DNA from: Camelus dromedarius
Taxonomy: Eukaryota
Assembly: GCF_036321535.1 (NCBI RefSeq)
Contig: NC_087436.1
Location: 89,716,001 to 89,780,000 of the forward strand
Direction: 5' to 3'
DNA length: 64,000 nt
Shown here piece by piece: positions 38,271 to 49,510 of this stretch. Position numbers and translations under genes: made by a program. The notes below the pieces were generated by a model. It worked only from the letters and a program-made list of their open reading frames with translations, searched no databases and was not told where the DNA came from. The stretch's first letter is position 1. Each line of letters starts with the position of its first letter.

Positions 38271-39509
38271 AAATATATCATATATATATATGTGCATATA
38301 CATGCACACACACATATGCTCATCTATACTATATAGTTCATATATCTACACACATGTAATATATATATAGACATATAGACAACTGATGTTGCATAGTTTG
38401 ATAAATAATTTGTTTTCAAGTGGATAACCACAATATAGAGGAGAAATTAATTAGAAGTGGGGTGCTTGTGTTTGAATTTGGCTTAATTTTTATTGATTAA
38501 TAAAGTCTTATAACCATGAGAAAAAAGAAAGACAAAATGTGCAAATTATACCTTCACACAAAATGACATCATGCTACATCACATAAAGGATTTATAGTAT
38601 AAAATGTATTTTGGCAGAATTATATTTTCATCTGGCACACTGAAACAAGACCAAACTCATTTCAATAGATCATTTCATATTGTGCCATCCTCAGAGTTTA
38701 TCACATTAAATTAATAATTTGCAGCATAATTTTAACTGGGCCTAAAGTTTTCTTTGCATTTAATGTAAAAATGTTTCTATTTTATAGTTTTACAGCAGCT
38801 ATAAGCATAATGAGCATATACATAGTTTTAAATTTGTATGCATCAAATAACTTAACTGGGACAAGAGGTTTTTCTGAAAGGAGTTAATACAGAAAGTAAC
38901 TTAGAAATTTACAGATTTATTGTATTAGAAAAGGAAATTCCTAACAGACACAGTGGTTCCGAGTCATGTCTAGGAACTTTTCAATGATTAACTTTGGACA
39001 AGACCCTTGAATTCAAAATGCAAGAAATGATATCTAATCTAGTTTTTTTTTTTTGGGGGGGGTAGTTTTCTTCTTTTCCTCCATCTAAATGCAGTTTTTC
39101 TGCATTTTGTTTGCTTTTGCTATCTGTGCAATCTAAAGTTAAAAAAAAAATGTATCTTGCCAGAACACCTGGAGGGTATGGACGTTTGGGGGAGGTAGAT
39201 CTCTTGTTTCCATTACGAGAAGCATGCTTCCAGGCTGGTGTATCTCACTGGTATAGAATCAGTGTAAAGGAATACAGAGTCAACTTGTACAAGTTGGTTG
39301 CGAGCAAGAGAAAACAACCTTCAGCAAATTAAATATAAAGATGATATATTAGGAGTCCAAGAAATGACAAAAAGCCAACAACTTGACTTTAGGAAAAAAA
39401 AATGGGAGCAGCACCAGGGGTCTAGGCAGGGAGTAGGGACAATCACTTCTGAGCACCTCATTTGAAGGGATTGGGTTCCAACCATGTTCTGGTTATTATG
39501 CCTTCATTA

Positions 39510-40060
39510 AAAAAATATGCCAGTGCTTACCATCTAAAAACAACCATTTTATCATGCTTCTGGAATCTACATGTCAAGAATCCAGACAAGGCCTGAGCAG
39601 GAAATTCTCAGCAATAGGTTGAAGCTGTATGTCTCGGTGCTGAAATTGTCTGCAGGCATCTTTATTCTCAGCTGACAGTTGCTGTCAGCTGTAAGCCAGG
39701 ACCTCAGCTGGGCTTGTCACCTGAAGCACTTGCACAAGTTCTCTCCGTATGGCCTGGGCTTCTTCACAGTCTGATGGCTTAAGGGTGGTCGGAAATTACA
39801 TATATGGCCACTCAGGTGCCATAAAATATGCGCCAAGGGACAAGGCCAAAGTTTCACTACTTTTTGGGACCTAGTTTTAAAAGTCATATCATCCTTGCCA
39901 CATTCTATTGATTGAGTTAGTCATAAGCTCATTCAGATTCAAGGGGAAAAGATAAAGATTCTATTTCTCAAAGGTCGAGTGGCAACATTATCTATTAATG
40001 TGGAAGATCGTGGGTGTTGGGAGGTGTTGTGGTTACTTTTGGAAGATATTATCTGCCAAC
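39510..40060 (-). mobile_element. MaLR LTR (MLT1G/H-like)
   Basis: AAAAACAACCATTTTATCATGC...CCACATTCTATTGATTGAGTTAGTCATAAG...CAGATTCAAGGGGA...TTTGGAAGATATTATCTGCCA. Confidence 0.75.
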
Positions 40061-42039
40061 TTTTCCTGTTTATACACAAGCACATACTTGATTTCAGTGG
40101 ACATATGAATAGATAAGTTTTCTCTCTGTATTTCTGCCCAAGATCTCAGCTTCTTAACCAAGAAGAAGGTGCTTTGCGGAGAACAGAGTCTTCCAATTTA
40201 AAGAAGATGCATCTGAGGGAAATGGATTCTGGGTGAAATACCAAAGACGAAAACTGGAGACTAATGTGCATTCTGGTATCATAAATATCACAGCAACAGG
40301 CAGTATAGACCAAGGGCAATGACTCTATGAACTCCATGAACTTCTTAAAACTTTGAATTTCTCTGTTTGTTATTATGTTCTTCTGTTTCCCCAGAGGGAT
40401 TTGAGATAAGAACTTTAAAACCAAAAAAGCATGTATTTGTCTTTAAGCATACCAAGAAAATGTTGAGCTGGAGAAGGGATAAACCACTGAGGAGGCAAAT
40501 GTGGGAAAGTAAGGAGCCCCAAGAGAAAGGATGTGTAGCATCACCAGTTAAAGACGAAAAACTAAAGCAGACAAAGTCCATGGGGAACACACAGGGAGAA
40601 AAGACAAACATACGAAACTGGCCTTAACCTTAGATGTAGCCCTGGGGATTTTACAGTCTGAAATCCCTAGAAATGTGATAGCACACATGCTGTTAACTAC
40701 GCCAGCTAAATCGAGACTAGATCCAAAAATTTTAATAAGAAACATACCAGATTGTAAACCAAGAACTATTTGCAATGGCCAATATGTGATTACAATTCTT
40801 TTCTCTTGGGCCTTTCCATTGCTTCTATTTTCTCCTTTGCCTCTCAGTTTTCTAAATCCCTGACTATTTTTTGTTTATTCTTAAGTCATTTTTGGTGTCT
40901 TCTCTCCTTTTCAACTTGGTGAGGTTAGAAAGAAAAAAGGAAAATATTAAAGATCATCTAAGTCAACACTTTCATCTTAACAAAAAAGAAAGCAGCCCCA
41001 GGGAGGCAGTGACACACTCAGAGTCAACGTGGATTATTGGTAGCAGCAAAGTTGCAGCTGAATGCAGCTGTACTGACCCTTCATGCGTTTCCCAGGGCGT
41101 GAGACTGCCTTTCCAGCCTAGCCGGAGGCTGAAGTCCCAGACAAGGAAAATCGTCCCTATGTGCATTGTCACTTTGAGTTCTCTGGGAAGCTGATGCCAA
41201 AATACAATGAAAAGGGTGTGAGATTTGGGGGTGGAGGGGTACCCACAAAGAATAAAGAAGAATAAAAGAAAGAGAGGGGTTTCAGATCACAATGCCAATC
41301 TGACACTGTGAAGGAGAGACAGGAAAAGAAGGAAGAGATTGAATGCAATCATGCCTACACTGAGAAAAAGAAAATCTGATATGCAAAACTGAAACTTTCA
41401 TGTTGCCTGTAGAGACAAAGACAATATTTAACAATTTCACTTCTCTAGCCCATTATCAGTTCTCTACAAACTTAAGCCCACACTTGTAGAATTTGTAGAA
41501 AAATGCAATATAACAGCCAGTAATTCTGTCACATGGATGCCTACTTTGCTTTTAAGTATGGTTAGGTTTTCTTCTCAAATAACGTGAGTGATATTTCCCC
41601 CCAGAATTCTAACATTTTTTCCTTAGTAACTGAAAATCTCAACACTGGAAAGGAAGCACGTATCATTAATAAGATTCCTTTTATTGCCTCTTTCTCAATG
41701 ACTCCTTAGTAGGGAGAGTGACTGAACAGATTTAAGTACATGACTGTTCAGAGGTTCCCAGGCACTTTCCAGATCTTAGTATTTGATCTAGTTCGTTATA
41801 CTTAATGGATCTTACTCTCTTTCACTAAAATACTCCTATTCAGTTAAGTGTCATATCAAAATCAGGGTAAAAATTATCTAAGATTAACCTTGAAGAAAGC
41901 CATAAAAAACAAGATGATAATTGACATGATCTAATCAGGGAATTTCCAAGCAAGCTTGTTGCCATTATGAAAGCTTTCAACAAAAATGTTTCACAGGATA
42001 GTTTTCCTAATGCTGGGAAATCACAAGAGTCATAACAAG

Positions 42040-42205
42040 AGTTCTGGGTTAGGAGGCAAGAGACCCAGTCCTGGTACTGCCCTTGTCTTATAACGTGGCC
42101 TCATGTAAATAATTTTCCTCTCTGGGCCTCAGATATCTCATCCATTGGGAAGGGTTATGAGCATGAGCTTAACTGTGACTTCTAGCCCTAATAAGACCTA
42201 TGGAT
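42040..42205 (+). mobile_element. MIR/MIR3 fragment
   Basis: AGGAGGCAAGAGACCCAGTCCTGG...CCTCTCTGGGCCTCAGATATCTCATC...CTTCTAGCCCTAA. Confidence 0.55.
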
Positions 42206-42413
42206 TTATGAAAAACAAGAAATCCACCTTTAATAGTGAAGTTACATGAAGTAGCATTCTTTGCTCAGACTGTGATTTGAAGTCCACCACCCTGGAATCC
42301 TGAATCTGAGTGTGTCTGAAGAACTGATGGACAGGTGCCCCTAATTCTCTACTGGCTTCAACTACATTACATGAATAATGGAAGGGACCTCAAGGAGGAG
42401 AATCTTGTGCACC

Positions 42414-42911
42414 TGTCTCAGTTGGCCATTATCAACAATACCACCACCATATAACAAAATCCCAAAACACAGTGACTTTCAACAATACACCTGCTCATGG
42501 GGCAGGAGGTTGAATGTAGTCTGAACTGATCTAAGGTTCTCCACTGGACAGTCAACTTCAGGCTATGGATAAGCTGAGTCCAGTTCCAGGTTACAGTTGG
42601 GTTCAGATCTACTCCATGTGGTTTGTTCTATGGACAAGGTTGATGACGCATCTGTTACTACAAAACACTCTTCTGGTGGCAGATTCCTAGAGCACAACAG
42701 ACAAGCCAAATCATGTAAGGTCATTTAAGTCTTCTGCCTCTGCCATCTATGTCAATATTACATTGGCCAAGGCAAGTCAGGTGACTAACCTTAAAGTCAC
42801 CAGGAAGGGAAGTACACTCTGTCGACTAGGATGTGGATCTCGATGTAGAGTAGGGGAGATGAATGTAGATGTAAGGTGGTAAAAAACTGACAATAATAGT
42901 TAATCTATCAC
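42414..42911 (-). mobile_element. Old MaLR LTR (MLT1I/J-like)
   Basis: ATAACAAAATCCCAAAACACAGTGACTT...CATTGGCCAAGGCAAGTCAGGTGACTAACC...AATAATAGTTAATCTATCACA. Confidence 0.75.
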
Positions 42912-43301
42912 AGAGTCAGGATGAAGGGGGAACATGTACACCTAAGACTAGCCTTGTGGACGGGTCTGAACCTTATGGAAAAAAAAATTCCCAATTTTCA
43001 CAAATCTCACAGGATTCATCAGCATTCAGTCTTCAGTAGGGACTGGTGGACCGTAGGGCTGTTTTGTGCATGGGCGAATATTATTTTATCTGTTGTGGAG
43101 GTATTGGGGTGGCACTACTGTGGCCTGGGAAGCAGAGCCCTGTGTGGCGACAGCAGCGTCAGTGGCACTGGTGGTCTGGCTCTCGAGGTCCTCATCGATG
43201 GTAGTGCTCAATGTGGGACACAAGAATGTGAGTAGATTTGTTCATAAACAGGTGTCTCATTTTTGTGGGGTCTCACAAAATTAAATGGAAGGAATATCAG
43301 G

Positions 43302-44200
43302 TGTTAAGGGCTAAGTTGTGTCCCCTAAAATTTGTGTGTTGAAGACCTAACCCCTAGTACATCTCAGAATGTGTCTGTCTTTGGAGATAAGGTTATGTGG
43401 TCATAAGAGTGGGGCCCTAATCCAATAAGTCAGACCTCCTTATTGAAAGGGGGAGAGACACCAAGGATGTGTATACAGAGAGAGAGGCCATGGGAGGATA
43501 CAGCAAGGAGGTGACATCTGCAAGCCAGGGAGAAAGGTGTCAGGAGAAATCGAACTTGCTGACACCTTGATCTTGGACTTCCAGCCTCTAGAACTATGAA
43601 AAGATAAATTTCTGTTGTTTAACCCTGTGGTGCCTTGTTATGGCAGCCGCAGCAAATTAACACAAATGTTGGTATCTAGAAATGGGCGGTGCTATAACAG
43701 ATACCTAAAAATGTCGGAGACTGGCCAAGGTTTTGAGATGCACGTTAGAAAAAGCCTAAATTGTCTTGAAGAGAATGTCGGCAGAAAAGCCAAAATTTAA
43801 AGGTGATTCTTGTTAAGTCTCAAATGGAAATAAAGAATATATGTTTTTGGAAACTGGAGAAAAGGTGATCCTGGTTATAAAGTAGCAAAGTACATGGCTG
43901 AGTTGCATTTTAGTGTTTTGTGGAAAATAGAGCCTGTTTATGAACTGGGATACTTAACAGGAAATTTCTAAGCAAAGTGTTGAGCCTGCAAGCTTGGGTT
44001 TGCCTTATTGTTTATGGTAAAATGTGAGAGGAGAGAGTTGAAGAAGGAATTATTAAGCAAAAAGGAAACAGAATGTGAATATTCAGAAAATTCTCAGTCT
44101 GTCCATGTTTAAATACACTAGAAAGCAGGCATATTCTGGAGAGAACGTCAAGGATGTGGCTGAAAAAAAATCATTTGGTGAAAAGATTATGGGTTTGACT
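43302..44200 (+). mobile_element. MaLR 5' LTR (MLT1A/B-like, 43302-43664) plus internal-region fragment
   Basis: LTR TGTTAAGGGCTAAGTTGTGTCCCC...GCAAATTAACACA is directly followed by MLT-int text (AATGTTGGTATC...GGTGCTATAACAGATACCTAAAAATGT...GGAAACTGGAGAAAAGGTGATCC). Confidence 0.85.
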
Positions 44201-44977
44201 CTTGGCCACAGAGATAGGAAATAGTGGCACTGGGATTTGACCCTAGTGATCCCAGTTCTAGAGTTTGAGTCTTTAACGGCAAATCTCCTTTAATCCGTAG
44301 TATGTTAAACACTTTGGTAAGTTTTTTTAAAAATCTATTCACTTTTGTTTAAAATCTTCTTAAATTTATTTAAGTGTCTCACTTAGTTATTCACAGAATG
44401 TATGTATGTATATACACACACATATATATACACATATGAATATATATTCTGTGAATATACATGTCAGTAGTAAGAAAGGCATTTCAGTAGATTGGTAAGA
44501 AAGTCCCAGCTTATTGCAGCTGGGAGAGTGTACTTTTGCCAGAGTCCCTTTTTTGTTTTGGTTTTGGTTTTTGAGATTTCATGCATCTGAATTTCTGTGA
44601 AATTGCCATGTTTGAATGTTGGGAAGTACTTAAAAATTAAGTACTATAAAAGCAAAGAAAAATGTCTATGTGTTGAATTAAGACCAAGACCTCTTATTTG
44701 TAATCTCTAGCCTGCTCAGTCAGACAGTGATGAAAATAAAAAGAGGAATCAAGTCTCATTACAGAAGACAGCAGAAATCCACAGTACAGCTAAAAGGCTT
44801 GGTCATATTTGGCAATATTGGAGGAAATATTGTAGGAAAGGAAGTAACACTATGTAACACAGAAGTGTTGTTCTGTGGGTTTGGCAGGAGATGAAGAGGG
44901 AAAGGAATCTGTATGCAGAGGGAGGGGCGTTCACAGAGAACATGGTTAACAAGCTGAGAGAGCCTGGACAGGCCCCT

Positions 44978-44996
44978 CCCCCCCCCCCCCCCCCCC
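44978..44996. repeat. C19 homopolymer
   Basis: Directly visible. Confidence 0.9.
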
Positions 44997-45043
44997 GTGC
45001 TCCTTCAAGCGAAGGTCTATGGAAAGAAGGCATAGTGGATCAT

Positions 45044-45212
45044 CAGCAGAGGCACTAGGGTGAGACAAGTGACAATGTTCCAGGGATCAAGGAGGCACTC
45101 ACTCCCAGGATCCTGCACTTTCAGGTTCGGGGTTTGCACAAACCTAGGACCGAGCGCCTCCTCGCACCGTGGGCCTTGTGTGCATCATTCACGTCACCCA
45201 GGTGCCGGTTCA
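45044..45212. mobile_element. Palindromic hAT-Tip100 MITE (MER96-like)
   Basis: Inverted arms GGCACTAGGGTGAG / TCACCCAGGTGCC and AGGAGGCACTC / GAGCGCCTCCT. Confidence 0.7.
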
Positions 45213-45469
45213 GGCACTGCCATTGTTTCAAAAACGTTTAGGTATTTTTTTCTCCTGTGATATGGCTATATTTCAGGTTGGAAAATAGCAAATCTCAATA
45301 AAAAAAATAGTCAAAGATAGTAAAAAAAAAAAGAATTTTGAACACTAGTAACCGATTTTAGGATGCTAGAACTTGCAATCATATTTGTGTTTTGTCCCTG
45401 CAAATCACTTTCTATTTTGTATCTATATATTTTCAACTGTGCCCCCAAACTCTGCTACAATTTCATTTT

Positions 45470-45830
45470 CCTGGTTCACAGATGTATTCAAAGATATTTA
45501 CTGAGTGCCTACCTAGTGTGCCAACTCTTACGCTTGGAAATAGCTACATATTGGTGAATTAAACAGAAATGATCACTGCCCTTGTGGAGTTGATGGTAAG
45601 TAGAGAGGAAACAGACAATTAACATGCATGTAAGTAAAAGAATATGTACTTATCATTGTGGTAGGACAAACAAAATGCAGAAGTATCTACTATTATTGGT
45701 TCATAGTAGATAGGATGCTCAAGGATCACTTCCAGGACCTGAATAATGTGGGAGAAGACTCATGTACAAAGAGTTTGGGTGATGCAGTGTGGGTGAGGGA
45801 GGATTCCTGCCAGAGGCCTTGAGACATTTG
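45470..45830 (-). mobile_element. L2 3' fragment
   Basis: ATATTTACTGAGTGCCTACCTAGTGTGCCA...CTGCCCTTGTGGAGTTGA...AAACAGACAATTAAC. Confidence 0.7.
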
Positions 45831-46900
45831 AGAAAGAAAACTATGTAACATCTTTTCCTTTTAAATATTAAAAATAAAGATAAATAATTCATGCATGCTG
45901 CAAAAAATTGGAAAATATAATTAAGTATATAGAATAAAAACCAAACACATATAATCATACCACTAAGATACTATTGCTGGAGTTATTTTTTATTTCTAGT
46001 TTTCTCCCATGTTAACACTTAAGTAAAATATTTATTATTCTGGTTTCTCCTCTCCTCATCTTTCTCCTCCTTCTCCTTTTTATTCTTTATACATTTAGGA
46101 TTTATCTAATTTTAATGTGATTTTTTTTTTCTCATTTAAGCTAGTCTTGGATATTTTAAGTTTTTGTCACTGCTGTGAGTGAGGTCTTCTGTCTATATTT
46201 TATTTTCATAATTTTCATAATCTACATATCTAAATGCTTCACTGTGGAGAAATTTTAAAAGTAGAGAAAGTTCAAAAGAAGGAAAAATTACCCACAATGT
46301 GATATCTGACTGATGTTTTCAACATAATTTCCAGACCTCTGTGTGTGTATATTTATAAACACACACACACACATATAAAATAGCATATATCTGTTGATTA
46401 TATTTAATGAATGTATTTTATAATTTTAATTTACTTATAGAAAAGAAAATATGAATTTTTGTAGTTTGATTATTAGACCTAATTACTAAGATTTTTTTCA
46501 ATCAAATGTTTTATTTTCATCTATTGAAATAATCATTATTTTCATAGTCTACCAATTGATTAATACCAGATTAGAGTTAGAGATTTTCTGAAATAATAAT
46601 GGCCTTATGTTTCTGGGAAAGAATTTATTCTTGGTAGGTTATTTCTATCTAATTTGTGTAAATTTAGATAGATGCTTAAAATTTACAATTGCAAATTCTA
46701 TATGCATTTTATGTCAAAACACTGTTCCTCTTTAATTATGAGAGAACCTAATAATTCCCCTATTTTCATGACTTTTCATTTATTTCTTTGACTTTTCAAC
46801 ATCTCACTCTAAGCTGAAGTTTATTCATATAAAGTTTAAAACATAATTTCATAATTTTAGCTACATTAATAGTGGAATTGTATAGAATTTACTATCCACA

Positions 46901-47111
46901 CAGCAGTGTGCTGATAAATGTTCTTCAACTGACTCTCCAGAGGGAAAAAAAAAAGCTTTAATTTGTAGCATTTGCTCATTTTCATGGTGTAAATATTCCC
47001 ACCATGACTGTTTTCAAACTACCAGAATGACATCACTGAACATGGACTTGGAAAGCAGTGCACACAACTGACTTTCATGAACTTGTAGGATCCAGCTCCA
47101 ACCCAGTACTC
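46901..47111. mobile_element. hAT-Blackjack MITE (MER63A-like)
   Basis: CAGTGTGCTGATAAATGTT...ATTTGTAGCATTTGC...TTCATGGTGTAAATATTCCCACCATG...GACATCACTGAAC...CCAGCTCCA. Confidence 0.8.
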
Positions 47112-47939
47112 ACAACTGTCAGTGCAGGAATTAGTCACTGAGATGAATATAAGAAAAGTCTTAATATCTATAAATGGAAATGGCCTTATGCAACAAGATA
47201 GGATTGTCCATATTTCATATGAATAATTCAAGAAGCTTTTGAAGGCTTACTCACCCAACACACTTCAGTAAAAAAGTCCTGGAACAGGAGCAGGAGACCT
47301 AGGCAGCAATTTGCTTTACCGCTGACTAGCAACGTTTTCTGAGTCTCCGTAATAGAGAGAGGCTGAGAGAGAGAGACTGTGTACGTATGTATGTTCTTAA
47401 CTCCAGGTTTCTGGGAGAAAGACACAAATATGTTCATTCCTTCATAAACTATACAAATTTACCTTTTCCCAGCTGTTTATAGAAATTGTAACTACCTTTC
47501 AAGACCATAATCAAGTTCCGAAGTCGTTTATCAAGCCTTTCCTGACTATATTAAATTTTCATCTTCATCCATTTCCTTCTTCTTTATTTAATTCCTGTAC
47601 ATTCATTTTCTCTATCACACAATGCAACATGTGAGTATCTATTATTTGCATTATTCACAGCTTCATGTTGCCTGATCTTTGCTTTCAGAGAGATGCAAAG
47701 CCCTTAATGATTGGAATCGTAATGCACCCAAATAGTTAGCATATTGCCATACATATAGCCATTGTCCAGCTAATAACTGTTCACTAAATATGAAAAGAAA
47801 GTGTAACTCTGAACTTGAAAGAGCAAAAAAATAACAAATCCTTATGTAATAATAATTTAGGTCTGTGTTGCTATTTTTGAACTCAAATAGTTGCTATGTT
47901 TATTGTTGATTTCGTAACATAACAGTGTCTGACAAATTA

Positions 47940-48170
47940 TTGTCTAGCATTTATTAAGGGCTTCCTACGTGCCAAGAACCATACTACAAACTTCTATTAT
48001 CTTCTCTCCTCCTTATAATAACTCTAATTATTTCATCTCTTCTTTTCAAAGCAAAGAAAATGTGCCTTAGAGATAGTAACATTGTTAAGATTGTAAAGCT
48101 TAAATGATAGATCCAGAAATCAAAACCAGGTATATCTGACTCCAAAGCCCACATCTTAAAGTCTTGCATT
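47940..48170 (-). mobile_element. MIR SINE
   Basis: CTAGCATTTATTAAGGGCTTCCTACGTGCCAAG...ATCAAAACCAGGTATATCTGACTCCAAAGCCCACATCTTAA. Confidence 0.7.
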
Positions 48171-49329
48171 ACAAATGCTAAAGGTATTTGCAGAAGTTCA
48201 CATAGAAATTAAGAACATATTCAAATATGTGGAAAAGGGAAATGAGGCATTCAGGGTCTAAACACCATCAATGGTTGGTCATATAGGAAATCACAAGACA
48301 GCTACTTGAATTTAACCTTACCCTAGAAAGAACTCTGATTTCTAGCCAACAAAATTGAATCAGCCATTAATAATGCAAGATGACGTGCAGAGAAAGATTC
48401 TATGCTCACAAAAGTGATTCATTCACCCTCTTTCCGGAAACAACATTCCACTGGGGCAAATCAATGCCACAAGCTGCTACTGCACACACTATCTGCATGA
48501 GCCAAAATCACTGAGGTGCGCTTTTATTCTTTGATGGTGATTCTAAAAGGTACTTGGCAAATATTGCAGGATGTTCTGTACAAGAATGCAAATGGTAATA
48601 ATTGGGGAAAACTGGATATTGTACAAGAACGGACTTCTGAAGGATCCCTGGCATTAATTTTCTTTTTATTCCCTTTTATAAGTTTTAATTGAGGGTTATC
48701 CGTAAAACAAGTTTATGAGGGGAAAAAAGTTGTGTTTAAATTCTAAACAAAAAATTAAATTAAAAAATTGCTTTAAATTCTAAACAAAAATACCTGGAGG
48801 GAAGATAAAACAAGAATTATAATAAGATCTATATAAAACAGAAACTTAAAACATTTAGGACTGTATTAATGCTTGTGTCCTTTGCATTAACGAAGATTTC
48901 CCTTACACGTAAGATTAACATTGAATTTTGTTGGTGCCGATTTTTGATAAATTTTGAGCTAACAGAAGGATGGGGTTGGATTCACATTTGCAAGTCACTC
49001 AATTTGCCTACATGTATTAGTTATTCAATATGTATTTGTTAAATGAATAAGTGTACCTCTGTCTATAGATATATGCATGTATGTGTATACATATGCATAT
49101 GTATATAACATATACATATATGTATATGTACATATTTTCATAGGAAGAGTTATAATCACACATATACTCACATGAAGATATATCTATGTAACAGAAATAG
49201 ATAAACAGATAGACAGATACAAATATATATATACATCTGGTGTGTGCCTGTTATTAAAATATAGAGCCTGAGTCAGAAATAGTCTAAATCCTTGGCCATC
49301 GTGCGTTCTGTGCTGCAGGGGAAGAACAG

Positions 49330-49510
49330 ACTTTACAAGCAAACACACTTGGCTATGAATCCTGGTTCTGCCATTATCCAATCTTTAACCTTGGGCGATT
49401 TTATCCAAGTCCCAGTTGTTGTCTGTCAGCTCACATTAATGCCTACTTTTTCAGATTTGTTGAGATGAATGCAGCAGATAAGCCTAGCACAGCGTCTGAT
49501 ATAGAAAAGT
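49330..49510 (+). mobile_element. MIR fragment
   Basis: GAATCCTGGTTCTGCCATT...ACCTTGGGCGATTT...CCTAGCACAGCGTCTGATATAG. Confidence 0.6.

Noticed and set aside
39411..39424. CTCF-like GCACCAGGGGGTCT
   Set aside because: Mismatches at key positions of the CCASYAGRKGGCRS consensus; a single weak match is expected by chance.
39670..39692. Inverted repeat CAGCTGACAG-TTG-CTGTCAGCTG
   Set aside because: Lies inside an MLT1 LTR and is explained by that element.
48723..48790. Direct repeat TTTAAATTCTAAACAAAAA x2
   Set aside because: Simple local tandem duplication of ~37 bp with only two units; not an array or CRISPR.
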